From Nitrospirota bacterium (GTDB taxonomy: Bacteria > Nitrospirota > Thermodesulfovibrionia > Thermodesulfovibrionales > SM23-35): a DNA stretch of 64,000 bases. The notes under the pieces are model-generated. The model had not been told where the DNA came from. It saw nothing but the letters and a program-made list of their open reading frames with translations, and did no database searches. Below, in pieces: positions 18,360 through 27,512 of the stretch. How positions within the stretch are numbered: the stretch's first letter is position 1; each line of letters starts with the position of its first letter. The stretch is taken from NCBI GenBank assembly GCA_963826355.1, contig CAWGWX010000034.1, positions 13,622 to 77,621 on the forward strand, given 5' to 3'. The translations under genes were made by a program, and so were the position numbers.

Positions 18360-18487
18360 ACGGGTTCTCTTTAAAGTTTTGAGAAGGTCAGTTATTGTCT
18401 GCAATAAGGAAAGAGAGTCAAACCAGCAAAGGCAGATTCCATCAGTGATTGCAACTTTAGTTTGAATAAATTAAAACCTTTTCTTGA

Positions 18488-18516
18488 TTGACAAACCCAT
18501 TCCGGGGAATTAACAT
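18488..18516 (+). promoter_or_regulatory. Sigma70-like promoter of the 6S-like RNA
   Basis: TTGACA (18488-18493), 17-nt spacer, TAACAT (18511-18516). Confidence 0.5.
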
Positions 18517-18522
18517 TTTTGT

Positions 18523-18715
18523 AGAGAGACTTTAATGGGAAGAAAGAGAACCTTGGGTGTTGAAGTCGGGAGAAAGCAGAGACAGGGAGCCCGGAGTGCA
18601 GATGTGGTGAGCAGGCCTCAAGTCAAAGTAGGGGGAAGCCTAAAGCATCTGCCAGGGCACCCACTTGATAAGTAGCCATGACAACTCAGCACCCAAGTTT
18701 AATTCTCCTGTAAAA
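18523..18715 (+). ncRNA. ssrS: 6S RNA-like regulatory RNA
   Basis: No ORF. Long closing helix GAGAA-C-CUUGGGUGUUGA (about 18546-18563) pairs with UCAGCACCCAAG...UUCUC (about 18686-18709). Inner helix GCAGAUG (18598-18604) pairs with CAUCUGC (18645-18651), flanking large unpaired segments. The apical GGUGAGCA...GAAGCCUAAAG resembles the E. coli 6S apical region as I recall it. Confidence 0.6.
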
Positions 18716-18769
18716 AACCAGTAAATTTATAAACTTCTCTTTTAGCTGCTTCTTTTATTGTTGTACGTT

Positions 18770-19119
18770 TTTGTTTTTTCTTCAAATACCAAAGGTATTT
18801 GTTTTCTGTGTCGCGACAGAGAGCGAAGTACCCTGTCCCTGGTATAGCTTTTTAGGACCAACTATTCTACCATCGAGCCTCTCAACTTTAGCTGCATATT
18901 CATCTGCAGAAGTGACATCAATATAATTGATAATTGATTATGAAGAGACCAAAAACACAACAATACTGCCCCAACAGCCTTTTTGCCACTAGTAGTAATG
19001 AGTTGATAGTTTGTTCTCTTAGGTACCTTAACAATTTACCAACCAAAAAGCTCGGAGTAAAACTTTTTTGCCCATTCAAGATCGTCTGCTGGGATTTCAA
19101 AGTGGATTACTATAGACAT
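18770..19119 (-). pseudogene. VOC/glyoxalase-family gene, degraded
   Basis: MSIVIHFEIPADDLEWAKKFYSELFGW, then in-frame TAA, then IVKVPKRTNYQLITTSGKKAVGA. Later pieces lie in other frames (INVTSADEYAAKVERLDGRIVGPKK / GYFALCRDTEN / NTFGI). That means at least one nonsense mutation and two frameshifts. Confidence 0.65.
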
Positions 19120-19164
19120 CTATTTTTGCCTCAGATTTTTTCTGAGATCCTCTACTGACCAAAT

Positions 19165-19956
19165 CTACCTTGGTCCTATACGAAAGCGGTAGGACTGGTA
19201 ACTGAAGATAACCCCATCCGGGGTAATTTCCTCTAACTTCAGGTCGGCAGTCAAATATTCCCCTTCCCGCATCATTGAACCATTGATTTTCGCCATTCGG
19301 GAATCTGGGTCATTAGAATAAAGGGAGACAGAAATCGTAATAGGGGGCACGCTCTGCCGGATTGATAGGGGTAGATCATCTAAGTTATATATTTTGTTTT
19401 CTCCTGGAGCTAAACGTTTCTTGGTGGGTTTCGGCTCTGAGGGAACTTGACGAGTTATCTGAGTTTGCTGTTGTACAGGTGGAGAAATTTCACGCAAACT
19501 CCTTTTATCAATTGATGACGTAAGTTCGTCTGAAGTTTGTTCTTGTAAATCAGTTGAGGTCTGCAAGGGCTTTTTTTGCTGGACAGTGGTTTCGGAATCA
19601 GCTTCTTTCTTCGATACAGTGCTTTCCAATTCGGACACAGGCCCCTTCTTTGTGACCATGATCCCTGAACTGGAAACCGTTGTTAGGTCAGGAGAAAGAA
19701 ACGCTCCTGCTTTTGATTCATGCTGCTGTCCTGCTGTTGAGTGTGTTACAACCCTTGGCTTTTTTGACTGCCAGGGAACCAGCCACCATGCCAATAAGGC
19801 TGCATTCAGCAGCAATGCTACCAGAAGTAAATAAGACAACAGCGAACGCCTTTTCGGCTCCTGTACCATGATATCCTGAACCGTCATAAGGTCTGGAACT
19901 GTTCCTTGCTTGCGTTCTTTCTCTGACTTTTTCAAGGCATCAAGAATATAAGACAT
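19165..19956 (-). CDS. gspB: GspB/ExeB-like type II secretion accessory protein
   Basis: MSYILDALKKSEKERKQG N-terminus, one TM segment, and a C-terminal T2SSB-like segment (LSIRQSVPPITISVSLYSNDPDSRMAKINGSMMREGEYL). Confidence 0.7.
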   Translation of the reverse strand: MSYILDALKKSEKERKQGTVPDLMTVQDIMVQEPKRRSLLSYLLLVALLLNAALLAWWLVPWQSKKPRVVTHSTAGQQHESKAGAFLSPDLTTVSSSGIMVTKKGPVSELESTVSKKEADSETTVQQKKPLQTSTDLQEQTSDELTSSIDKRSLREISPPVQQQTQITRQVPSEPKPTKKRLAPGENKIYNLDDLPLSIRQSVPPITISVSLYSNDPDSRMAKINGSMMREGEYLTADLKLEEITPDGVIFSYQSYRFRIGPR

Positions 19957-19957
19957 C

Positions 19958-21568
19958 CTATTTAACCTTCTGCTTGTTAATCAATAATGGTTCTTCACTA
20001 CCAACTTCATTATTCAGATGGATTATGGTCTGGGGTCCTACGATCCCATTAGGCACCAAGCCTTTAGCAAGTTGAAATCTTTTCACTTCTCTGACAAGGG
20101 TATCATCAAATATAAAATTTTTCTGGGATCGGGTTTCCCGGCCTTGAATTATTGATAGTTGTCTGTCTATCCACTGCACTATCCTACGTTTCTGACCCGG
20201 AAGAACAGGACTCCTGTAATCTGTTGGCATTTTCCATAGAAGGAAGTAATCACCACACCACCTCTTTTCGATCTCTTTGATATCAACTGTTTTGGTTTCA
20301 GTCCCCATTACAAAGGTTACAGTTCCTCCCTTAAGAGCTGTTAATGTGGCATAGAATTCCCAACCTTGGTCATTGTATAGCTTAAACACTGTTGGTCTAT
20401 TTAACTGTAGCAGACTGTCTAAATTGCTTTGTTCATTCAGACAACCTAACCCCTTGATCCGGACTTGCTGACAGGCACTTCCACCTTTGGGATTATAGAT
20501 AATGTCCCACTTTTTGAACAATGTTTGGTACGCAGTGTCTTTGCTGAACTGAATCTCTTGGTCTGCTGGCCAGTCTAATATTGATAAGCGGGGATGTTCC
20601 ATCATCGGTTTAGGAACAATTGTGTGTTGGACAGGCTTAGAGGTGAATATTGCCAAAGGATTTGCTTGGTAATGGTAGTAAATCGCTGAAAGCGCAACAA
20701 CACATCCCGTGATCGACAAACTGGCGAGCGCCCATCTGAGGGGATGCCTTTTGGTCTTATTCTCCCCGAATACCTCGCGTGCTGCTTTGAATAACGTAGT
20801 TTTGTCAACTCTTTCTCGTCCCTGGACATACGCTCCGAGCAAAGCCCGATCACATATCAAATTGATCAGCCGCGGAATTCCACCACTCAAGCGGAAGAGT
20901 TTGTCAATAGTCGAAGGTGGAAATAATTTACCGCGTGCCCCTGCTACTGCCAGGCGATGTTTCACGTATGCAGAAACTTCATGTTTAGATAGTGAACCTA
21001 AGTGGTAACGAGCAGTGATTCTCTGTGACAGCTGCCTCAACTCTGGTCGGGACAACATGTCCCTGAGTTCCGGCTGCCCCAGCATGATGATTTGAAGCAG
21101 TTTGTGTTGATTCGTCTCTAGATTGGTCAGTAACCGCACCTGTTCCAACACATCAATACTGAGATTTTGAGCCTCTTCAATAATGAGTACTGTCTTACGA
21201 CCTTTGGTGTGGGCATCAAGCAAATATGCATTAATATGGTCAACAAAAACCTTAATACTGGTATTACCTTTTGGATAGTCTATGCACAACTCGTCACAAA
21301 TAGTAGCTAAAAGTTCCTCGACAGTCAATTTGGGATTGAGGACCAAAGCTATGTTGAAGTTTTCCGGTATTTGCTCCAGTAGGCATCGACAGACCGTTGA
21401 TTTACCTGTTCCTACCTCACCGGTGAGCAAGATAAAACCACCGTCACTATTAATTCCATATACAAGATGAGCCAAAGCCTCTCGGTGTTGATTGCTCATA
21501 TAAAGATAACGGGGATCCGGGGCAATAGAAAAGGGGGGTTCCTTTAGCTCAAAGTATTCTCTATACAT
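19958..21568 (-). CDS. exeA: ExeA/GspA-like AAA ATPase with C-terminal peptidoglycan-binding domain
   Basis: FSIAPDPRYLYMSNQHREALAHLVYGI..GFILLTGEVGTGKST (Walker A). C-terminal PG_binding_1-like segment VREVKRFQLAKGLVPNGIVGPQT. The gene is adjacent to gspB. Confidence 0.85.
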   Translation of the reverse strand: MYREYFELKEPPFSIAPDPRYLYMSNQHREALAHLVYGINSDGGFILLTGEVGTGKSTVCRCLLEQIPENFNIALVLNPKLTVEELLATICDELCIDYPKGNTSIKVFVDHINAYLLDAHTKGRKTVLIIEEAQNLSIDVLEQVRLLTNLETNQHKLLQIIMLGQPELRDMLSRPELRQLSQRITARYHLGSLSKHEVSAYVKHRLAVAGARGKLFPPSTIDKLFRLSGGIPRLINLICDRALLGAYVQGRERVDKTTLFKAAREVFGENKTKRHPLRWALASLSITGCVVALSAIYYHYQANPLAIFTSKPVQHTIVPKPMMEHPRLSILDWPADQEIQFSKDTAYQTLFKKWDIIYNPKGGSACQQVRIKGLGCLNEQSNLDSLLQLNRPTVFKLYNDQGWEFYATLTALKGGTVTFVMGTETKTVDIKEIEKRWCGDYFLLWKMPTDYRSPVLPGQKRRIVQWIDRQLSIIQGRETRSQKNFIFDDTLVREVKRFQLAKGLVPNGIVGPQTIIHLNNEVGSEEPLLINKQKVK

Positions 21569-21794
21569 AAGTTTCCATGCTTGGGTAGCGCCGTTAGATT
21601 ATAGAAACAGTCACCATTTTTACAACATGGATGCTTTGCCCTGGTTATTTTGTTTCTTTACTACCAAGTGCCTCATATAAGTATATTAAAAGGTGCAGTG
21701 TAATTTAAAGAGCAAAACATTTGGTCTTATTATCAAATTAATAAAGGAAATAAATAATTCTTGGCATAATTTTTGTTAATAATTTTATAAACCC

Positions 21795-23489
21795 ATGGAG
21801 TCAGGTAAAGACAGAAGGCGGTTTACAAGATATAAGCAGAATTCAGAGTTAATGGCTTCTCTTGGGGGAGACTTGTTTAAGGCTCATATCAGTGAATTCT
21901 CCCTAGGTGGCCTAAGCTTTTACATCAATACAAAGCCCATTGCTCAAGGCTCAATCATTGACCTCAAGATAGAAGACCTCAACTTAGATATCCAGGGAAA
22001 GGTTGTCTGGATGAAGGAGGAAGAATCCTCTCTGAGGGTAGGAATAGAGAGGTTGTCCATCTATGGCAATCTAAAACACTTCCCCCTTTCAGATATCTTT
22101 CTGAGCCTCCAGAGGTCTGAAAAGACAGGCATCCTTGAGATGAAAAATGGCCCTATCTTGAAAAAGATATGCATTAAAAACGGGGATATGATCTTTGCCA
22201 CATCGAACCAGGAGGAGGACCGTCTTGGGGAGGTTCTGGCAAAGGCTGGGAAGCTCACCCTTGAGCAGTACTACCAATCGATTGAATCCATGAAGAAGAC
22301 AGGGAAGCGTCAGGGTGCGGTTCTTGTTGAACTTGGCTATCTCAAACCCAAAGACCTTATCTGGGCAGTGACGCATCAGGTTGAGGAGATCATCCTGAGC
22401 CTTTTTCAGTGGGAAGATGGTGAATTTGAATTTAAGGAAGTCCCTCTCCCCTCAGATGAGGTCATAACCCTGAAACTCAGTGCAGCAAACCTTATCTATC
22501 GAGGGATTAAGAGAATAGATAATTTCACCTATCTGAAAGATGGCTTTTTCCCTGTGGATGCCATACTGGACTACTCAGCAGACCCAATGGATCTTTTCCA
22601 GGATATTAGACTTGAGGAACAGGATAAAGAAATCCTCTTTCTCATAGATGGTAGTCGCACAATAGGTGAGATACTATCCTTCTCGCCTTTAGACAATTTT
22701 CAAACCTTGAAGATTCTTCATGGCCTTTTAAGTGCAAGGATAATTGAAATCAGGGAAAAAGGTCAGGTTGAAGATAAAATCAGTAAAGATACACTAAAAA
22801 GACTTGAAGTTGGATTAGACTCGGCCTTTGTAGAAAAGGTTGATGAAATCTATGACAGACTCGACTCAACAAATTACTATGATATTTTTGGCATAACAAA
22901 AAGTGCAACACTCAATGAAGTCAAAGAGGCCTATTATAAAAAGACGAAAGAGTTTCACCCTGATAGACACTTTTATCTCCCTTCAGAGACCCTGAAGAAC
23001 AAATTAAACGCTCTCTTTTCCTTTCTCACGAAGGCATACAAAACCCTTTCTGATGAAGAAATGAGGAAGGAATATGATCAGAGCTTAATAGCATCTGGGA
23101 CTAAAAGAGCCGAGAGTCGCGATGCAGAGCTGGCCAGAGATAAATTTATAGAAGGCAAGGAAGCCCTCAGGAAAAGGTATTATACTGAAGCAGCAGAATT
23201 ATTCAGACAGACTATTTATTTCGATAACACGGTAGCGGTTTACCATTTCTGCCTTGGTTTGGCGTTAGAGAAGGAGAACAAATTTCAAGAAGCAGAAGAA
23301 TCTATAACAACGGCCCTAAAGCTTGATCCCGATAACGCCGATTATATAGCAGAACTCGGCCACATCTACCTTGAATTATACTTAAACTCAAGGGCGAAGG
23401 AAACCTTTGAAAAGGCATTAGAACTCGATCCCTCTAATGAAAGGGCAACCGAAGGTTTACAGAAAATAGGGAGTCCTTCCCGAGTATGA
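21795..23489 (+). CDS. Multidomain PilZ - DUF4388 - J-domain (DnaJ) - TPR protein
   Basis: PilZ RxxxR (DRRRFTRY) plus EFSLGG. DUF4388-like segment LSDIFLSLQRSEKTGILEM. J-domain YYDIFGITKSATLNEVKEAYYKKTKEFHPDRH. C-terminal TPR repeats. Confidence 0.8.
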   Translation: MESGKDRRRFTRYKQNSELMASLGGDLFKAHISEFSLGGLSFYINTKPIAQGSIIDLKIEDLNLDIQGKVVWMKEEESSLRVGIERLSIYGNLKHFPLSDIFLSLQRSEKTGILEMKNGPILKKICIKNGDMIFATSNQEEDRLGEVLAKAGKLTLEQYYQSIESMKKTGKRQGAVLVELGYLKPKDLIWAVTHQVEEIILSLFQWEDGEFEFKEVPLPSDEVITLKLSAANLIYRGIKRIDNFTYLKDGFFPVDAILDYSADPMDLFQDIRLEEQDKEILFLIDGSRTIGEILSFSPLDNFQTLKILHGLLSARIIEIREKGQVEDKISKDTLKRLEVGLDSAFVEKVDEIYDRLDSTNYYDIFGITKSATLNEVKEAYYKKTKEFHPDRHFYLPSETLKNKLNALFSFLTKAYKTLSDEEMRKEYDQSLIASGTKRAESRDAELARDKFIEGKEALRKRYYTEAAELFRQTIYFDNTVAVYHFCLGLALEKENKFQEAEESITTALKLDPDNADYIAELGHIYLELYLNSRAKETFEKALELDPSNERATEGLQKIGSPSRV

Positions 23490-23651
23490 ATAAACTATTT
23501 ATCGCCTTTTCGTCTTAATAGCAGACAGTTTTAAATTTTCGAAAAGTGCCAAAAAAGTTCAAGGCAGTGACAATTTCTGTCAAAATAACAATAAATGAAC
23601 ATCAACCAGAAGTATCATTATGTGAAGATAGAGAATTAGTTTAAACGATCA

Positions 23652-23682
23652 GAAAAAAAGGCCCTCCTTTTTAAGGAGGGCA
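23652..23682 (-). terminator. Rho-independent terminator (minus strand) downstream of tRNA-Leu
   Basis: On the minus strand, GCCCTCCTT-aaaa-AGGAGGGC is followed by a T7 run. Confidence 0.6.
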
Positions 23683-23840
23683 GGGGGAGATGAGAGGGTA
23701 AGTTCTAAGGAGGTAGCTTATGCATTTATAAATTACCTGGATATTCAAGAAATTAAAGTGATCAAAATCACTTAAGCAAAATAAAAGAAATCTGAGGAGT
23801 GAGAGCAACAGTAGTAGCTTACCACAACTATTGGTAGTAG

Positions 23841-23922
23841 TGCGAGAGAGGGGAGTTGAACCCCTACGGAGTTACCCACTGGATCCTAAGTCCAGCGCGT
23901 CTGCCAGTTCCGCCACTCTCGC
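23841..23922 (-). tRNA. tRNA-Leu (anticodon UAG)
   Basis: Minus strand: GCGAGAGTGGCGGAACTGGCAGACGCGCTGGACTTAGGATCCAG(long variable arm)GGGGTTCAACTCCCCTCTCTCGCA. Anticodon loop is CTTAGGA. Acceptor stem GCGAGAG pairs with CTCTCGC. CCA is not encoded. Confidence 0.9.
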
Positions 23923-23925
23923 AGT

Positions 23926-24747
23926 TTACCTCTTGTATCCTATAGGGGGAATAGGGAGACCTGTTTCATAGAGCCTGTGAGGTAACGCCCCTTCCTCTGC
24001 AATTTCTGCCAGTGGAGTTGAAGTCTTATTTGACCTTGCCACCGTGATAAAAACAGCCGCATGGTCTATAATCCCGATATCTGCGATAAATGCCTTTTCA
24101 GGATCAACATCTATGTACTGGCTACCTATCCTGTTGTTTACGGCTATATCAAGATAACTCTTTGCATTCATGCCGTCAAAATCCACACCTGTAACGTCGT
24201 ATAGCCTGATATTGATGTTACCTGCATACTTTTTGAAGGTACCCTCTGTTATCTCCCAATAAATAAACAACTTTCTCGGATCGACAATCATGAGGGCAAT
24301 ACTGTCTTCGCCATATTCTTCAGGTAATATCTCAATAGGAAGAGGCGGGTACCTTTCTTCTTTTTCTGGACGCAAGACATTTTTCGGTCTCCTCAGTATA
24401 GCCTTTTTAGGGAGCGCCACCTCCTTAGCCGTGATCCTTCTTTTAGGTTTTACAGTAACTGTCTTTTCTTCAACTTTTTTCCCTATAGGAAGGGTAATTT
24501 TCTTCTCAGTCTTTTTAGTAACTTTTTTCTTCTTTGCTTTTTCCCCTTGCTTGACCTTAACCTTTTTCGTTTCTTTCTTTACAGTCTTCTTCGTCGTTTT
24601 CTTCTTTTCTATTTTAGCCTTACCTTTTACAACCCTCTTCTTTTTTGCTGGAACCTTTTTAACCTTCGCGCTTACCTTTGCCTTTTTGGTAGCTTTTTTG
24701 GCAGTCGTTTTTACACCTCTTTTCTGTTTAGATTTCTTCATCATCAT
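23926..24747 (-). CDS. DUF4912-like protein with a Lys-rich (histone-H1-like) N-terminal half
   Basis: N-terminal ~110 aa are K/V/T repeats. The C-terminal half (EDSIALMIVDPRKLFIYWEITEG...IRLYDVTGVDFDG) is DUF4912-like. The stop lies 3 nt before the tRNA-Leu 5' end. Confidence 0.65.
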   Translation of the reverse strand: MMMKKSKQKRGVKTTAKKATKKAKVSAKVKKVPAKKKRVVKGKAKIEKKKTTKKTVKKETKKVKVKQGEKAKKKKVTKKTEKKITLPIGKKVEEKTVTVKPKRRITAKEVALPKKAILRRPKNVLRPEKEERYPPLPIEILPEEYGEDSIALMIVDPRKLFIYWEITEGTFKKYAGNINIRLYDVTGVDFDGMNAKSYLDIAVNNRIGSQYIDVDPEKAFIADIGIIDHAAVFITVARSNKTSTPLAEIAEEGALPHRLYETGLPIPPIGYKR

Positions 24748-24792
24748 GGGTACCCCCTTTTTAAAGGTATATTTTAGCAGAAATTCTCCTTT

Positions 24793-27459
24793 TCAATGTG
24801 TCTCTGACCAGCTTCTCCCGTGACCAATGTCAACCTTTATAGGCACCGAAAGCTCTACTGCCTTTTCCATCTTTTCTCTGACAAAATCTTCAACTGTCCT
24901 GAGTTCATGTACGGGAAGCTCAAATAAGAGTTCATCATGAACCTGAAGAATCATCTTTGCCGTCAAGGCCCTGTCTTGAAAACCCTTCCATATCTGTATC
25001 ATAGCAATTTTAATGATATCGGCTGCCGTTCCTTGAATAGGAGAATTTATCGCGAGCCTTTCACCCTGCTGTCTTATTGTTGAGTTCTGATTCTTAAGTT
25101 CTGGAATAGAACGCTTCCTGCCAAAGAGCGTTACTACATGACCCCTATTCTTAGCACTCTCAAGGGTTTCCTCTATATATCTTTTAACTCCGGGATGTCT
25201 GTCAAAATATTGTTCTATATATTTTCTCGCATCGTCCCTTGAGATACTGAGTGTTTCTGATAATCCAAAGGGCGATATTCCATAGATAACCCCAAAGTTT
25301 ACTGTCTTTGCAATTCTCCGCATATCGGGAGTAACTTTATCTATTGGGATGCCGAAGAGTTCGGATGCTGTCCGTGCATGGATATCGAGGTCATTGCTGA
25401 AGGCCTCAAGAAGACCCACGTCCTGGCTTAGATGGGCAAGGATCCTTAATTCAACCTGTGAGTAGTCAGCTGAAAGCAGGATATTACCTTCTTCTGTAAT
25501 GAAGGACTCTCTTATACGCCTCCCCCAGTCCCCCCTGATGGGAATATTTTGTAAATTCGGATCACTGCTGCTCAGCCTCCCTGTAGCAGTTGCTGTCTGG
25601 TTGAAAGAAGTATGTATCCTCCCTGTTTTTAGATTTACTAACTGAGGCAATGCATCCACATAGGTGGTTTTAAGTTTGTTCATGCTTCTATAATTGAGCA
25701 CCTCCTGTGGGAGCTCGTGAAACTCTGCAAGTTCTTCGAGGACACTCAATTCTGTCGAGAAACCTGTTTTTGTCTTTTTCGTAGGTTGAAAACCGAGGCT
25801 TTGAAACAGAACCCTGCTAAGCTGCTTTGGTGAGTTTATATTAAACTCTTCTCCTGCAAGAAAATATATCCTCCTCTGGATCCCATCAAGCTCCCTTTCA
25901 AGTTCTTTTGAGATGTAATTCAGCATCTTCCTATCTATCTTTACCCCAACCTCTTCCATGTCAGCAAGGACATAGATAAGGGGCATATCTATATCAATAT
26001 AAACATTCTCAAGGCTTTCTTCTTTGAGCCTATTGAAAAGGATTTCTCTTAGTTCAAGGCTGAGACCTACATTATCTGCTGCATAGGAAGCTGCCTCTTC
26101 TACTGGGACCTCTGCAAAAGAACCTTTTTTCCCGAGAACTTCCGTAGAGGTCTTTTTTCTCCTTGATAAATATTCAAGGGCAACTTCTTCAAGATTATGA
26201 TTAGGCTTGTTTGGATTAAGGAGATACGATGCAATCATTGTGTCAAACAGTGTTCCCTCGACAGATATACTTTCTCCTTCAAGCATGATAATGCCATATT
26301 TGATGTTATGTCCTATCTTTGATATTTTCCCATCTCTGAAGATCGGTGAAAGCACTTTTACCAGATCTTCTTTTTTTATCTGGGGAGGAACCTCCGGATA
26401 AGTGTGGGAAACGGGGATATAGAAAAAGTGTTCTTCCTTTAGAGATAACGCAAGACCAACAAGGCTGTCTGTCATAGGATTACTGTTTCTACCAGAGGCG
26501 GATGCCTCGGTACTAAATGAAAACTCATCTTTTATGGATGCTACGATCTCTTTGAGCCTATCGAGGGAAAAGACGATTTCGTACTCTCTTTCTCTGGATA
26601 CCCCTGAAGGAATGAGCTTCATAAGGCTGCCGAATTCAAATTCCCTGAAGAGAGAAAGTAGCAGAGGCCAGTCAGGTTCTCTCAATCTGGTTTCTTCTAA
26701 TTGAATATCAAGGGGTACAGAGGTATCAATAGTTGCAAGTCTCTGACTCAACCTTACCATATCTGCGTGTCCAGAGATGAGTCTTCTTAGCTTTTCCTTT
26801 TTAATCAAGTCCGTATTACTCAACAGCTCCTCAAGACTCTTCACACCGGAAAGAAGTTCTTTTGCTGTCTTCTCGCCTATGCCTTTGATACCCGGGATAT
26901 TATCAACCGTATCTCCCGTAAGTGCCATATACTCTGTAATCCTCTCTGGACCTACACCGAATCTCTCTTCAATATATTCTTCATCAAGGATTCTATTTTT
27001 CATCGGATCGTAAATCTTTATGTCCCTGTCAACAAGCTGGAGCATATCCTTATCTGCCGTAACGATGAATACATCTACACCTTTTGATGCTAAACTCTTT
27101 GCGATAGTACCGATGAGGTCGTCTGCTTCATAGCCGGGCATCTCGAATATCTTTATATTGAAGGCCGAGATCAACTTCCTTATATGTGGCATCTGCTCTA
27201 CGAGCCCCCGAGGGGTTTCAGGCCTGTGGGCTTTGTATTCTTCAAAGATTAAGTGCCTTTTTGTTGGAACAGGTGAATCAAAAGATACGATGATACCATC
27301 TGGTTTTTTTTCTCTGATGATTTTAAGGAGCATGTTGATAAAGCCATAGATGGCATTGGTAGGAAATCCTCCTGAAGTTGAAAGCTCTTTTATCGCATAG
27401 TAAGCTCGGTAGACATAAGAGTTTCCATCAATAAGATAAACAGTCATGGTGTTTGACAA
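24793..27459 (-). CDS. polA: DNA polymerase I
   Basis: 888 aa with a 5'-nuclease N-terminus. Pol A motifs: DYSQVELRILAH, RRIAKTVNFGVIYG and QVHDELLFE. Confidence 0.95.
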   Translation of the reverse strand: MSNTMTVYLIDGNSYVYRAYYAIKELSTSGGFPTNAIYGFINMLLKIIREKKPDGIIVSFDSPVPTKRHLIFEEYKAHRPETPRGLVEQMPHIRKLISAFNIKIFEMPGYEADDLIGTIAKSLASKGVDVFIVTADKDMLQLVDRDIKIYDPMKNRILDEEYIEERFGVGPERITEYMALTGDTVDNIPGIKGIGEKTAKELLSGVKSLEELLSNTDLIKKEKLRRLISGHADMVRLSQRLATIDTSVPLDIQLEETRLREPDWPLLLSLFREFEFGSLMKLIPSGVSREREYEIVFSLDRLKEIVASIKDEFSFSTEASASGRNSNPMTDSLVGLALSLKEEHFFYIPVSHTYPEVPPQIKKEDLVKVLSPIFRDGKISKIGHNIKYGIIMLEGESISVEGTLFDTMIASYLLNPNKPNHNLEEVALEYLSRRKKTSTEVLGKKGSFAEVPVEEAASYAADNVGLSLELREILFNRLKEESLENVYIDIDMPLIYVLADMEEVGVKIDRKMLNYISKELERELDGIQRRIYFLAGEEFNINSPKQLSRVLFQSLGFQPTKKTKTGFSTELSVLEELAEFHELPQEVLNYRSMNKLKTTYVDALPQLVNLKTGRIHTSFNQTATATGRLSSSDPNLQNIPIRGDWGRRIRESFITEEGNILLSADYSQVELRILAHLSQDVGLLEAFSNDLDIHARTASELFGIPIDKVTPDMRRIAKTVNFGVIYGISPFGLSETLSISRDDARKYIEQYFDRHPGVKRYIEETLESAKNRGHVVTLFGRKRSIPELKNQNSTIRQQGERLAINSPIQGTAADIIKIAMIQIWKGFQDRALTAKMILQVHDELLFELPVHELRTVEDFVREKMEKAVELSVPIKVDIGHGRSWSETH

Positions 27460-27512
27460 AGTGTCGGTATTATTTTACATTAAAATATCAACAAATATAC
27501 GAGGAGGAGAAA

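Noticed and set aside
18523-18715. Alternative identities for the structured RNA: SRP (4.5S) RNA, tmRNA or RNase P RNA.
   Set aside because: It lacks the SRP helix-8 GGAA tetraloop and AGCAGC/GGAAG symmetric-loop motifs. It is far too short for RNase P or tmRNA and has no tag ORF or tRNA-like ends. The two-helix-plus-bubble layout fits 6S better.
24290-24823. 177-aa plus-strand ORF, F/L/T-rich.
   Set aside because: It is the antisense shadow of the Lys-rich DUF4912 gene. AAG/AAA codon runs read as CTT/TTT on the other strand. It has no motif and no RBS.
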